Positions 13,665 through 27,520 of a stretch of 60,133 nt of DNA are shown here, one piece after another. Under the pieces are notes generated by a model, which was not told the origin of the DNA, ran no database searches, and saw nothing but the letters and a program-made list of their open reading frames with translations. Position numbers and translations under genes: made by a program. The DNA is from Octopus bimaculoides (lineage: Eukaryota), in contig NC_068985.1 in the NCBI RefSeq assembly GCF_001194135.2, positions 99,929,226-99,989,358 on the forward strand. The letters are read 5' to 3'. The first letter of the stretch is position 1. The number at the start of each line of letters is the position of its first letter.

Positions 13665-15535
13665 CACAAACACGTATTTATATATAGATATATGTATGTA
13701 TTTATACATATATATGTATGTTTATTAATATATGTATATATAGTCTTGTGTATACATACTGAAGCATACATGTATATTATTTCATTTACATTTATATTTA
13801 TACATCAACATACAAACATACACACATACACAAACACATATACAGATAGACATAAACACATACATACGTGCGTGTTTGTGTGTGTGTGTGTGTGCGGATT
13901 TGTGCATATATTAGCGTTATTTTAAGTATAGCAGACCAATCGATCAGTAGACTTATCTTTATATGTAGTCGGCATTAACAGTTGTAGAAATTACAGGGTA
14001 ATCAAAATTATAAAATGTCTGAGCATTACAATAAAATCAATAAACTTTCTTTTTCTGTTTTCATTGGCATAACATTTGGCATTCTAATTATTTCTCTAGA
14101 TTTATTTCAAAATCTTTGATATTTTCAATTATTGGTCGTTTTTCTTTACATCATTTACTTTTATAAATTCATTATTTGTTCTGTGTTTTTTTTTATTTTT
14201 ACATATCTCATTCTTTAGTCATGAAAGAGTTTCCAACTGCGTGCGCCAACATAGATATGAAACAAAAATTGTATCCAAACATATAAATATGGAAGAAACT
14301 AAAAACGCTATGTTTCCTGCACCTGATATTTACACATTCTGTTCTACATAACTCTTGTTCTATTTATCCTTCTATACTTATATATATTTCAGACTTTTCG
14401 AAGACATGTAATTACATAGCTCTTTCAATATTGAGTCATTTATAATAAAAATCAAGATTGAAACAATATTTGAGCGTGATATGTTCCATTGCACTGATAA
14501 TCGCTGCATGTGTGACTGCACAGCGTTCTATTCTTCGTTAGTTTTTGGTTCAGTATCAAGTAATTCTTTGTTTCTACATATTTAAATTCCACAACAAAAC
14601 ATATTTTATTCAAGACCTTTGACGCCCCTTTGTAGCAAAGTTAAGATTCTTAAATTATTTTAATACCTGCTGATATCCGTTCGTTTCTACAGCGGAGTAG
14701 TGTACATACACACATAGACACAAACAAGAAAACAGTTACACACGAAACAAACGCACACAACACATAGACACAAACACATACACATACAAAACCTATTTTA
14801 TTGCGAGTTGATGAAATTGAAGTTTCTTGCAAGGATCGGGTCTGCTACTAAAATGTTCGAGAGTGCTGCAATGATAGCTGATACGGATGCGATGTGCACG
14901 AAATATTTAACTATAAAACAACAGTTTAGCTTACACTTTCCGTATACAATTAACTCTGTTGGGTATGAATTCTATTGCATAACACAGATATGTATTTACA
15001 TAACTATCATTCTCTAATTGTATATATCTATAATTACGCCCCTGTCTATCTGTCCGTCTATCTATCAGTCTATCTGTCCGTCTGTCTATTTATTTAACTA
15101 TCTGTTTAACTATCTATATATCTACCTACCTACACATGTATCTATTTGATGTTTCTCTATTTCATTAGTTTAGTGATATCAGTCAGTAGACTACAGTAGA
15201 ATTATAACACATAGGTCAGATTTCGTTGTCATTTAAATTGACCTCAGTATTCCGTCTTGTAGCTTATGATATCGATTAATATTTTAGTACTTGTTACATA
15301 CACCTAAGTTGAATTCCTGGAAATATTTACAGCCGTTTAAAAACACGCACATACATATGCACGCACATATTAACGCAAACATACACCCAACACAAACACA
15401 CACATAACTATAGAATATTTAATCCATCATCATTAGACCGACAAATATATTTTGTTTCACATAGGTGTCATTGAGATTGTATGATAATGGCGTTCATGTT
15501 TTATATGTTCTCAGCCTTATACTTTGGGTAACTGA

Positions 15536-15705
15536 CAAGAAGAAAGAGTTATATGTATCGTGATTATTCGCGCCGGATATCAAAATGCCGAGATCATGAC
15601 TGCTACGACATTCCCTGTGAAAACTATTACTGCTGTAATACTTAAAATGGAAGGCTGAATTAGAGACTGCGAGGCCATAGCCAGCAAGAAGGAACAGTGC
15701 AAGCG
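15536..15705 (+). mobile_element. Possible Tc1/mariner-superfamily transposase N-terminal (HTH) relic
   Basis: Frame reads QEERVICIVIIRAGYQNAEIMTATTFPVKTITAVILKMEG*IRDCEAIASKKEQCKR, resembling from recall the first HTH and basic linker of Tc1-like transposases. It has an internal stop and no TIRs were seen. Confidence 0.35.
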
Positions 15706-15775
15706 TATGTATGTATGTGTGTGTGTGTATGCATGTATATTCATATGTATATACACATACGTACATTCACGCATA

Positions 15776-15823
<48 letters not shown>

Positions 15824-16194
15824 CAGGCTTTTAATCTATATATTACGTACTAAAATACATAACGATACACACATCGGTTTTGACCGATAAGAAGGATAAT
15901 TTCACAATATGTCAATGCTATTGCGTTGTCATAATGTAAAAACAAACATCACACACACACATACACAAACATACATGCACACACATACTCACTTATATAA
16001 CAGACTTACTCGTAAATTTGTGTTGCATATGTAAATGAAAATAAAAATATACATGTAAAATATGGAACACTACGTTGCTTTTTTACAAATAATAAGCAGG
16101 TAAAATTTTACTCGAATACTTTTGGTCTTCTACTTAGTGTTGATTACCATATTCCAGAGGATGTCCTCTTATGATGTGAGGAATTTAGTACTAC

Positions 16195-16281
16195 ACTACG
16201 AACATTCCGTCTATTTGTTCGACCTCATCGGTAAGGTTCTAGTAAACGTTTACTGCATCTGGCAAGAGATTAAGATAATCC
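16195..16281 (+). repeat. 87-bp direct repeat, copy 1 (copy 2 at 18260-18346)
   Basis: 84 of 87 bases are identical by manual alignment. Confidence 0.92.
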
Positions 16282-17292
16282 CCAATTCTTGCATAATTTC
16301 TAGCGTTTGAAACCCATAACAATACCATGATTATATAATCCCCGAGGCTCTGAGATTAATTAGTTCACCCCTAAATGCACATATTTTTGCAGCTGCTTAA
16401 TGCCTGCCTGTTTCTCGTGGGAAAGCCTCAATTTCACTTTTTAGTGCATCCCAATGTTCCTGTTCATCTTCACTAAATTCAACTCTTCAGTGTCTGCAGA
16501 AGTTGATCAAGCAGTGAAATTTGAATCTATTCCTTATTTTTTATCTCTCTTGCTTCCTTTTTCTTGAGAACTGCCTGTTAGTAATTTCAGTCTCTAAAAA
16601 ATGTTATTCCCTATTTTTTGACGACTCATAACATATTATCCTCAAGATATAAACTAAATATTGTAATCACAAATCAATACAGTGAATTAAAGGATTTCTT
16701 CAGGTCGATAGATTAGCCTGCAAATTAGCTTGCTGTATTTACTTACGTTCTTTAAATTTTGATCAGATCACGTCAAATTGGATTTTATCTCATTCCAACG
16801 ACAGTAAATGAAGTAACACTCATACGTACAGATCGATAAAATCTCGAAGGTTTAACCTTGTACAAATGTTAAAATTCAGTATCATTTAATGCGAAGAGCA
16901 AATTACTTCCCAATTCTGTAAAACGTTTACCTTCAGCGCATAACCACACATAAGTTTACACTCTCTTCAATTCGCACACTATCTGCTAATTTAATATTTC
17001 ATTAAAACAGAGAGCAGTAGAAAGAAATCGTTATCCTTGGTTAATATTTTTACAGTCATTTATTTCTCTTTTGCGAGTCTATATTTGGAATGCCATATTC
17101 GTAGCCTGCAAATCGATCTAAATTGAAGTCAGTTGCCATTATTATTCATGGTTGAATCAGGCTTTCTTCAGTGAATTCTATGATTAGATAAACCTTTTTA
17201 GAAAACCATGAGGTAAATATATGCATGCATGCATACACATATACATATATAGAGAGATATGGATATGTATACATACATATACACATACACAC

Positions 17293-17329
<37 letters not shown>

Positions 17330-17896
17330 CAGTAATANNNNNNNNNNNNNNNNNNNNNNNNNNNNNNNNNNNNNNNNNNNNNNNNNNNNNNNNNNNNNNN
17401 NNNNNNNNNNNNNNNNNNNNNNNNNNNNNNNNNNNNNNNNNNNNNNNNNNNNNNNNNNNNNNNNNNNNNNNNNNNNNNNNNNNNNNNNNNNNNNNNNNNN
17501 NNNNNNNNNNNNNNNNNNNNNNNNNNNNNNNNNNNNNNNNNNNNNNNNNNNNNNNNNNNNNNNNNNNNNNNNNNNNNNNNNNNNNNNNNNNNNNNNNNNN
17601 NNNNNNNNNNNNNNNNNNNNNNNNNNNNNNNNNNNNNNNNNNNNNNNNNNNNNNNNNNNNNNNNNNNNNNNNNNNNNNNNNNNNNNNNNNNNNNNNNNNN
17701 NNNNNNNNNNNNNNNNNNNNNNNNNNNNNNNNNNNNNNNNNNNNNNNNNNNNNNNNNNNNNNNNNNNNNNNNNNNNNNNNNNNNNNNNNNNNNNNNNNNN
17801 NNNNNNNNNNNNNNNNNNNNNNNNNNNNNNNNNNNNNNNNNNNNNNNNNNNNNNNNNNNNNNNNNNNNNNNNNNNNNNNNNNNNNNNNNNNNNNNN

Positions 17897-18192
17897 AAAA
17901 CATCTAAAAAAAGCTCCACGAGGCTCCGGCAGGGGATGGTGGCGAACCCTACTGTACTCTTCCACCACAACTTTCTCTCACTCTTACTTCCTGTTTCTGT
18001 TGTGCCTGTAATTCAAAGGGTCAGCCTTGTCATACTGTGTCACGCTGAATATCCCCGAGAACTACGTTAAGGGTACACGTGTCTGTGGAGTGCTCAGCCA
18101 CTTGCACGTTAATTTCACGAGCAGGCTGTTCTGTTGATCAGATCAACTGGAACCCTCGACGTCGTAAGCGACGGAGTGCCAACAACAACAAC
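17897..18192 (+). mobile_element. Family A element, subtype A2 (different 5' body), (CAA)n tail, 5' end lost in gap
   Basis: The 3' ~200 bp match A1 copies, and the whole length is a near-exact reverse complement of 38145-38451. It ends ggagtgccAACAACAACAAC. Confidence 0.92.
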
Positions 18193-18259
18193 ACATCTAT
18201 ACACAAGAAACGCAGAGTTGTTGTGCTAATGGCTTATTGACGAAACTGAATGTATATAA

Positions 18260-18346
18260 ACTACGAGCATTCCGTCTATTTGTTCGACATCATCGGTAAG
18301 GTTCTAGTAAACGTTTACTGCATCTGGCAAGAGATTAAAATAATCC
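18260..18346 (+). repeat. 87-bp direct repeat, copy 2
   Basis: 84 of 87 bases are identical to 16195-16281. Confidence 0.92.
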
Positions 18347-20930
18347 TGAAATTCCCCAAATGATACATATTTCTTTTATACAGGTAGAGTATAATCCATT
18401 ATAGAATAAATATATTGGACAAAAACACACTAAATATTCTAACATATCTCGTCTCCGCAGTTCAATTTCTTTAAGCCGACTAACATCACTCGATTTTCCT
18501 GATCTACAATATTTCCAAAAGAAGAACATTTGGTTGGTTTTGTCACGACGTTACTCTCTGTACTATTTATTTTTTTTCGAATCATATTATTACTTCAAAA
18601 AGTAATTTTTTGTATATATTATACAACCATTTCTGTCTACGTTTTGTATATGTGCTTTGTACATTGATTCATCATATATGAATTCATTTCTTTTAGTTTG
18701 AGCCTCAGTAGGTAACGTGTCTGTTTATGTTGTAGTTACAACTGATTCCACCATCTTAATTAGCATTGATTTATGCTACGGCTAAGATATTGCTTACGAT
18801 TAGACAAGAACCCGCATTGTCGTTCATAATCTGGTTCTTATTCTTCTGTTTCTCCTATTTCTCATCTACTGCGCTTACTGACTGAGATATCCATCAATCA
18901 TATCAACTTTGCTAGTATCTTTTCATCAGTGTGATTCTGAAGGGCCATTCTTGCCCAGTCGAATGATTAAGTATCCTACTAAACGTTTCCCTTTTTCAGA
19001 CCAGTGGCATACAAATTCGTGCTTTAAATAATAAATAAGAGTATACAAGATTTTTCTTCGTCCTCTTGTGACGCACTTTTGACACGAACATTTTCCATGT
19101 GTCTACTTTTTTCTGGATCGCAACGATGACTACATGTGTTTGATTGTCATGCTTGAAGGAAATGATTTCCTGTTGGTGTAGTTGCTGAGGAAGTTATGCT
19201 TGCCTTTTTGTCAAATATTACTTGAATTAACCACTTAAAGCTTTCTGAGAGTTTAATTGCTGTGTTGTTTGTTCATTATTATTTAATGTCTGTGTTTTAG
19301 AATACTAGGAGGAGGTGATTTGGTCTTTATTAACTTCGTGACTACCAGCTACTTCTACTACAGCAGGTGTGAACATAATTAATATTAACCACTAACGTAC
19401 AAAATACATAAAAGCGACAAAATAAAAGGAAAAAAATTTTAAAAAATCTCAAGAAAAATATTTTGTCAGGGAGTCATCCAAGGATTTCTGTTCGTAAAGA
19501 CGAAAAAAATGTTGTTCTTTTACATTAGGTATACTTGGCACTCAGAAAACCAGTTATAATCGAATTAATAATCGATTCAATGTTTTTCACAAGACCAACA
19601 ATTTTAAAACGATTACTCTCAACTCAGTATTTGATTGGTTTTGTTTTATCGACCGCGGCGAGATAAATGACAACATCGTAGGATCCCACACAGCATTGTA
19701 AAGACAAAACACATCGACTAATTTAGTTTAGATGTTTACTGTTATCCGTCCTAACATATTACAAGCAAAATTAATAATAACTGGGTGACTTGAAGAAACG
19801 GAAATGTTTTCTACCATAAGTAGACGAAATAGTGTTTATTTCGATAACGTAGTCCAAATAACGTCACTGGCGCAAGTGACCGAATGGGACATTAACAGGA
19901 AATTGATATTGCAATCCATAAATTTAGTCATTCCGATACCTTGCTCCCCCTTAATAATTTTCAATATAGCTGCAATAAACTTCCTATTGTACTTGAATAC
20001 ATCTTGTATTCTTTTCCTCCAAGGGAAGAAAGGTTAAATATTTTTAATAATGTGCTTTGTCTTCATAATACATCTTTTGTTTAGAATCAATAAATTAACT
20101 GCACCATATTCTTAATATTCATTCCTAGCACTACATTATTGATTTCTAATATGAAAGTATTGATTCCTAGCGTTATATCTATCGCAGTATTGATTTTTGA
20201 AAGTATCAGAACGCTGTAGAACATGTGAGGGTAGTGTTGTTATGAACGCGACTTTGTATATTAGTGTTTCGCATTTTTAGTGCATGACGAAAGAGAAGGA
20301 AAGCTAATCTAGCGAAGAATATATTCATACCTTTGAAATATGCCGCTAAATGTGACATGGCATTATATTAGTACATCTGTAGGTTTAGTCTTTCCATTCT
20401 TCTTTTAACTATTTTTGTTTTAATTATTTATTTTATGTTCCTAACACTAGCTTCATTTCTTTTATAATGAAACAAAATAGACCACGGTGACATTGGATCA
20501 CTGAGCACAAAAGAACTTATTTAGATAAGCGATTTCTCAGATTCTCCTCCGATATCTCCTTGCCAGTACCTTTACTACTATCATAATATTTATTTTCCAC
20601 CCACTTAAATTTTCACTTGTCAATTTTTCACATAAATTTCATACTGAGATATTATTATCACATATTTCATTGACCTTAGACAGATGGTAAACATTGCCAA
20701 TTCCTTTTTACTAAAATTCCACAGTAACGGGACAAATGTTCACATGAACTATGCCTAATCAGCAATAATCTAATTAGGAATTTTGCATCGAACCACGATA
20801 CAAACCAGAGCACTATCGTTTTGACAATAAACTTCTGGCATAATCTTGACGTGTTACGTAAGCAGAAGACTTCAATTTTAAGACAGAGATGACATAATTG
20901 ATTGAATTCAGTCCTTTTATTTTCCCTTAC

Positions 20931-21065
20931 TTCATGTTATCAACCTTCAGAGAATGAACGGCTAATGCTACTCCTGTCGTATTTATGCACAGGAAAAATA
21001 TTTTACAAACAAAGCCATTCTCTCCTTCGATCTCCCGACCCTCCACATCCATCGCTTTCTGATAT
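20931..21065 (-). CDS. Candidate internal exon, phase 2-2 (YQKAMDVEGREIEGENGFVCKIFFLCINTTGVALAVHSLKVDNM)
   Basis: CTAAC branch-like motif plus ttcttcAG acceptor, AA|GTAAGG donor, and only one open frame over 135 nt. The product is not recognised. Confidence 0.22.
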
Positions 21066-23275
21066 CTGAAGAATGTCGTTAGCAGCAATACTAAGTAAAG
21101 TTTCCATGCATTAGATATTTTATATTTTGCAAGTGTGACAAAATACAATAAAGAAGTCGCTCTCCTTCTGGATTAATTTGATTTATCAGTTTCTTCAAAG
21201 GAACAGAATATCTGAGATTTATTACTCTATGAGAACCGCACATATTTCAATGACATTTGAAAGTTTTTCGACATGATTTGTTGCTGTTGCTCTTGTGTCG
21301 TGATGTTGTTTTTCTTCATGGCTAGTACCTCTCAGCTTTGTGTCGCAATGCGATCAACAACGTTTGTGTCCCATCCTTTATTTTATTCACACAATATATT
21401 GTGTTATCACATGTGTCCGTCTTCCTGTAATAGACTTTACGGTGTAGTTTTAAGTAGGTTTGGCTGCTATTCATAATATCTCCTCTGAAAACAAAGATGC
21501 GCCTTCATTGAAACGTTTAACTGGATTTAAAGGCGAGTAGTAACGTGAGGATCTGACAGAATACTGAATGATAGGCGGAAAGGGAAGAGAGTGAGAGAGC
21601 GGGAAAGACAGTGAAAGAATGGATAATAATAGACTTATTAGAACTCCAATTAAATAATAAAGATATATACTTCTATTCAATGTGTAGATTTCAGCAGCAT
21701 ATGAAAATGTCTGATCAACCGTTATTTACTAGAAATATCTTTAAAATTCTCTACTTCTTATCTTTGATAACTTAAATATTAGCTCTTCGTTTGTACACAA
21801 ACCAAATTAAACGAAGTTGATTTTCTTCGGCTATTTAACTTCGATATTTATCCCATTTAACAGTCTGAGGGAATTGTTCCACATAGACGTCTCCAATCAT
21901 TCTGTTTGTAGTCGAATACTTGCGTCAATCTTAATGTATTGAACTTTCATAGTAAATAAAAGTATTCAGGTTACCAAACATGTACTTAGTAAAGTCAACA
22001 ATTCTCCATAGATTCCCAAAGCTGATGGCTGCGATATTAACTTGTTTGTGGAGCTAAGAGTCAATAAAATACGTTATTCCGTTATTGTACAAATATTAAG
22101 ACATAACTCGTAGTACAGCAGTAATGAATATTATATATGTGTGTGTTTTATACGTATTACTGTTTTCTTTATTTCATAAGAGATTTGTTGATAGGTGAGA
22201 GAATATTGTATTGGTAGCTGTCACGTGCAACATATTACGATAATGCTTTCGTTGATAAATAGATAACAGTCGAGGCTTATTGTTTAATGCTGGACATTTA
22301 AAGCTTGTTGATCTCATAACTGGTACGTGGAGAAAGAATGGAAAAGAGATATATTTAGTGTATTGTTTATTCAATAGATATATGCTTTCTCTTAAACGGC
22401 TTTATGGGTATTGTTTCCATACTATGGAGTTCAATATTTGCGAAAATGTTATTAAACAAGTTCGTCATGCTGGGAAATAAGAAAATCACATGAGTGGATT
22501 GATTTTTCACATTGTATCCATGTATTTCTTATAAACGTCTATGCACTTACGAAGTAAAGCTATTGACTTCTGTCTAGGTTTTAGTAACATATAAAACATT
22601 TCGCTGTAATTCAAGTGCAGATATTATTTCTCCCAAACATATATATTTCAGATTGTCAAACGAGTCGAGGCTCTAAATCAAACGTCGCTTGTGATGACGT
22701 TTTCTGTATTACAAGAATTATTGGATAAAGGTTAGATTTCAGATACTCATATATTTATGGTTGATAAGATGTCACAGTTCAGCGTCTCATTTTCGGTACA
22801 AGAAACACTACCATAGTTCTAACATACACGGTCGTGACAAAGTTCTGTTCGTTCATCTAATAGCAGAGGGACCATCCCCCATCTACCCACTTACCCTGTC
22901 TGGAATTTCAGTGTTTATGTCTCGGCGTAGCGTATATTTACTCTCTGTTCCAAGTATAACTATCCATTCATCTCTTCGATTTTATCACTTCCTAACACTA
23001 TTTGGCATTCTACTACGCTTCATTTATATTTATTCATACAAATACGTATCATGTAACTTTAAAATCTGTTTTAAAAATTTAAAAACGAACAGAAACATAT
23101 GTTTTTAGATTAATTTTTGAAAGGAAATGGGATTTATCTTGATCATTTGACTGTTATTAGCTTTCTCAGAAAATAAAGTAAATGAAGGCAAAAAAAAAAA
23201 GAGAGGAAGAAAGAAATTCCTAGACATGATGGTGGTGTGTGGTGGGGAAAAAGATATAACGATAAAATATTCCTA

Positions 23276-23750
23276 GGCGCAGGAGTGGCTGTGTGGTAAG
23301 TAGCTTTTTAAACAACCACATGATTCCGGTTTCAGTCCTACTGCGTGTCACCTTGGGCGAGTGTCTTCTACTCTACCAAAGCCTTGTCCNNNNNNNNNNN
23401 NNNNNNNNNNNNNNNNNNNNNNNNNNNNNNNNNNNNNNNNNNNNNNNNNNNNNNNNNNNNNNNNNNNNNNNNNNNNNNNNNNNNNNNNNNNNNNNNNNNN
23501 NNNNNNNNNNNNNNNNNNNNNNNNNNNNNNNNNNNNNNNNNTATATATATATATAAATATATATATATATGTGTGTGTGTATGTGTGTGTGTGTGTGTGT
23601 GTTTGTTTGTGTGTCCGTTGTTCTGCCCCCACCATCGCTTGACCATAGATGCTGGTGTGTTTACGATCCCGTAACTTAGCGGTTTGGCCAGACAGACCAA
23701 TATAATAAGTACTACGCTTACAAACAATAAGTCCTGGGGTCGAGTTGCTC
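23276..23750 (+). mobile_element. tRNA-derived SINE family C, with internal microsatellite spanning an assembly gap
   Basis: Head GGCGCAGGAGTGGCTGTGTGGTAAG...GGTTTCAGTCC, then CACCTTGGGCGAGTGTCTT, a gap, a (TA)/(TG) tract, and the family C tail matching 1588-1770. Confidence 0.9.
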
Positions 23751-23785
23751 TATTATATATCGACGACAGATACGAGTTATCTTAC

Positions 23786-23889
23786 TCGTCAATATCGGTT
23801 CTCATAACGCTGTCATATAAACAGAGTGCATGATAGAGGGACAGGTAGTTTTCAATAGAGTATGATTGACTCAGCTCCGAACCTTGTGA
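23786..23889 (-). CDS. Candidate internal exon, phase 0-2 (SQGSELSQSYSIENYLSLYHALCLYDSVMRTDID)
   Basis: Very strong acceptor tctatcttggttttcAG, GA|GTAAGA donor, and a single open frame. It is phase-compatible with candidates at 28447-28490 and 21329-21484. Confidence 0.28.
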
Positions 23890-24087
23890 CTGAAAACCAA
23901 GATAGAAATGTTTACAACGATGTGTAGGGTGTAGCTCTATTGGCAGTGTAACGTAATAATAAAGTTCCAGTATTTGGGGAAAATTAATCGTCGCAAGGAA
24001 GGACAACGGCTTAAGCCCTGTACGAGTCATTTGGACGCTTAACGCCATCATTCCGGTTATTTTGGCGGCTGACCGTCGTAAGATTAG

Positions 24088-24220
24088 TCATTTTTGCCAC
24101 CTGAGCGGATTGCAGCAACTTAAACTGAAGTGCTTTGTCCAAAGAGACAATGTATTCTGTCCAACAATCGAAACTATAATAGTTGTATCATGAGTCCAAC
24201 GCCTTAATCACAAAGACACG
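24088..24220 (-). mobile_element. Degraded head of SINE family A1
   Basis: tcatttttgccacctgagcggattgcagcaac...aatcgaaact...gagtccaacgccttaatca parallels 785-923. Confidence 0.6.
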
Positions 24221-25014
24221 ATCTACTGCATTAGAAGGGGACATGAAAAATAGCCAGTTATTATTCATTTGATGACACAGAAGGAAGCAATTCAAATGAA
24301 GTATAACGTTTAACTATTCATTATAAATATTCATTATAACCGACATTATTCTGCCATCAAAATAGCATATATATATAACTACATGGCTGCATCTCCGGTA
24401 AACTAATTGGCACCTAATTTATTGTATCATCAACGGAGACAAGATAATATGTGATGTGCACGTTCCAGATGAATGTGATCTATTGATATCTGCTGTACTC
24501 ACAACAGATTAGTTTTAACGAAATTAACACTTAAAATGTTTAACACTTAAAAGCGTCCAACCTCCAATACGATTTTGAGCAGCGTAAATTCTATGATAAA
24601 CATCTTCAAGATTTCATTCTTATCAACAAGTGCTGCACCAATTTTAGTAAAATTTGTTGTAATCAACCTATCTGTGAGATCTTGATTCTATACCATTGGA
24701 GAATTCCTAAATCAGCAGTACGTGATGCAACAATTAAAAAGAAATCTTGTTTTACTTCATAGGCTGCAATTTGATTGGTTTAATGAAAACGACTACACAA
24801 TAAATGTTCTAATCGAAGTAATGTGAAAACTTAAATTGCTCGAAGTGAACGCTCCAATTTAACATTCATATTGTCGACCAGACTTTTGAACAAGTAACCT
24901 ATTCTATTATCTAAGAACTATCTACAATAAGGTTTCCACTGTGTCAGATAAAATTTCAAATCGATTTTATCTTGCAAATGCTACATTCAGTAAACTGTTC
25001 AGAAAATCAACTCA

Positions 25015-25290
25015 CTCTAGCACCGGTTGTCGAGCGGTAGTGAGGGCCACACACAGAGGCAACGAATCATACACACTTACATAAACACAGTCATGTACAC
25101 ACGCACACGTACTTATGTATGTATGTATGTATGTATGTATGTATGTATGTATGTATGTATGTATGGATACGGACCTCTTCCAGTTTCCGTCTATGAGATC
25201 CACTCACAAGATTTGTGTCGACCTGAGGCTGTTGTGACCAAAGGACGAAAAGCGCAACTATATGGTTAGGAAAACAAACATCTTACAAAA
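25015..25290 (-). mobile_element. SINE family C, degraded, with internal (ATGT)n expansion (about 25114-25163)
   Basis: caccggttgtcgagcgg...[microsatellite]...cagtttccgtcta...atccactcacaag...cgacctgaggct is the reverse complement of the family C body. Confidence 0.7.
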
Positions 25291-25643
25291 CAGCTACGGC
25301 TGAGAAAATCAAGTTTGATATAAGGAAATAACAAAACTTATTCACGTGACAATTCAAATCAGTCTTGAAACTACAATTTCATATCACCAGATGCATTAGG
25401 TCCCTCTCGTTTAGAGGTGTTCTATCATTGATTATCGAAAGGCGATATTCACAAGAATGAAGGCAGAAAGTACATGATTTCAGACGACAAGAAAGGTTTC
25501 ACATCTTACAGACACTCTGTCTACTATTATCATTATTTATAAGCCTTGACAGAATGACAGACAAAGCTAACCGCGTAGGAGGATTTGTGCGCTTATGGAC
25601 AATGCTCTAATAAAATTACCAAATAGCCAAAGGTAAATTTCCT

Positions 25644-25680
<37 letters not shown>

Positions 25681-26396
25681 NNNNNNNNNNNNNNNNNNNN
25701 NNNNNNNNNNNNNNNNNNNNNNNNNNNNNNNNNNNNNNNNNNNNNNNNNNNNNNNNNNNNNNNNNNNNNNNNNNNNNNNNNNNNNNNNNNNNNNNNNNNN
25801 NNNNNNNNNNNNNNNNNNNNNNNNNNNNNNNNNNNNNNNNNNNNNNNNNNNNNNNNNNNNNNNNNNNNNNNNNNNNNNNNNNNNNNNNNNNNNNNNNNNN
25901 NNNNNNNNNNNNNNNNNNNNNNNNNNNNNNNNNNNNNNNNNNNNNNNNNNNNNNNNNNNNNNNNNNNNNNNNNNNNNNNNNNNNNNNNNNNNNNNNNNNN
26001 NNNNNNNNNNNNNNNNNNNNNNNNNNNNNNNNNNNNNNNNNNNNNNNNNNNNNNNNNNNNNNNNNNNNNNNNNNNNNNNNNNNNNNNNNNNNNNNNNNNN
26101 NNNNNNNNNNNNNNNNNNNNNNNNNNNNNNNNNNNNNNNNNNNNNNNNNNNNNNNNNNNNNNNNNNNNNNNNNNNNNNNNNNNNNNNNNNNNNNNNNNNN
26201 NNNNNNNNNNNNNNNNNNNNNNNNNNNNNNNNNNNNNNNNNNNNNNNNNNNNNNNNNNNNNNNNNNNNNNNNNNNNNNNNNNNNNNNNNNNNNNNNNNNN
26301 NNNNNNNNNNNNNNNNNNNNNNNNNNNNNNNNNNNNNNNNNNNNNNNNNNNNNNNNNNNNNNNNNNNNNNACACACACACACACACGCACACACAC

Positions 26397-26438
<42 letters not shown>

Positions 26439-26457
26439 GGGTATATGTACTGATACG

Positions 26458-26667
26458 TACGACAGGATGCTGAAAAGTGTCTGGCTTCAGGGTAAAGAAA
26501 ATACAGGTAAATAATTAATTAAGATTTTATTCAACTTCGTTCAGGTTCACACACACCGGCCATTAAGTTTTTCTAAGCCCTGTAGAAAACCTCAGATGGC
26601 AGGGCCTCCATCCAGACCTTTCACGATACTTTTAAATCCAGGAACTTTACAAACCTTCCCCCTCGTA
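26458..26667. mobile_element. Mariner-type MITE (about 210 bp) with degenerate TIRs and TA ends
   Basis: Left TACGACAGGATGCTGAAAAGTGTCTGGCTT versus right reverse complement TACGAGGGGGAAGGTTTGTAAAGTTCCTGGATTT. TACGAGGG...AAAAGT is a typical mariner terminus. Confidence 0.6.
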
Positions 26668-26686
26668 TGTAGGTATGTATGTACAT

Positions 26687-26937
26687 GTAATCCAAAAAAT
26701 GGAACAGAAACGTAACAGACGGCAATAAAACATTCGGACAAATAGACGATATGAAGACGGATTGGAAAAACTACAAAGAGACGGACAAGACAAAACAAGA
26801 ACAGGCCATTTGTAGCCTTCTCTCCTCAGTCAAGTTTCCAATTATACTTGTAGTTTCGGCCGCTTACATTGGAGACTGTTCAAACCTGGCTGGCTCCAAA
26901 TGTCTAAGCTAAGAGGATTAAATGTTTTGGGAGAAAG
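26687..26937. repeat. Unclassified dispersed repeat module, copy 1
   Basis: Colinear, diverged match to 27521-27762 (shared ccttctctcctcagt, tttcggccg, gagactgttcaaa, attaaatgttt.gggagaaag). Confidence 0.8.
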
Positions 26938-27520
26938 TAAGCGAATGTGTACGAAAACAAAGACAAGAAAAAAAGAACAGGAAAGCGAAAAAAACCTGGA
27001 GAAAATGTTAGTGGATTACGAATACAAACAACAAGAAAATAACGACCGGTGTCTTTCGACTAATAGAGACGTGTCATGTTGAGCTGGCGTTTGTAGAGTG
27101 AAAGCCTTGAGGGAGAAACATAGATGATCGGAATAGATGGAATTCAGGAGACGGGAATAAAAGATGCTTCGTGTTTGGGCGTCAAGCCAAGAACGAAAGA
27201 TCATGCTTGGTTGAATACCGGTCATGTGGAAGGAAAGAAAGAGGTGGAGGCAGAGGGATTGAAGAAATAGGGTTGAGGACGAGAAAGGGAAAAAGTCAAA
27301 GGGACATGGAGAAGGTACAAGTAAGATAAACGATGAAAATTACGTAGATTAAGGAAAGACAAGACCAAGAATATGAGGTGAGAAGGGGAGCAAAAACCAA
27401 AAAAAAAGGAAAAAGGAGGAAAGAAAGAAGAAAAATTAAGGGGACTAAAAGAAGGAATAAAAATGTCGTATAGAAGTTAAATACATACAAGGTTAAATAC
27501 GTACGTCGCTATATGTATAT

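Noticed and set aside
18750-19230. Possible LINE EN/RT traces on the minus strand (..VVIVAIQ.., ..ERQCGF..)
   Set aside because: Only two short motif echoes amid many stops; not distinguishable from noise by eye.
26805-26870. GAAA...CTGAGGA order on the minus strand of the 250-bp module (also 27645-27710), suggesting a type II hammerhead
   Set aside because: Stem II does not pair next to the core (G-C then A-C), and neither stem I nor stem III forms in both copies.
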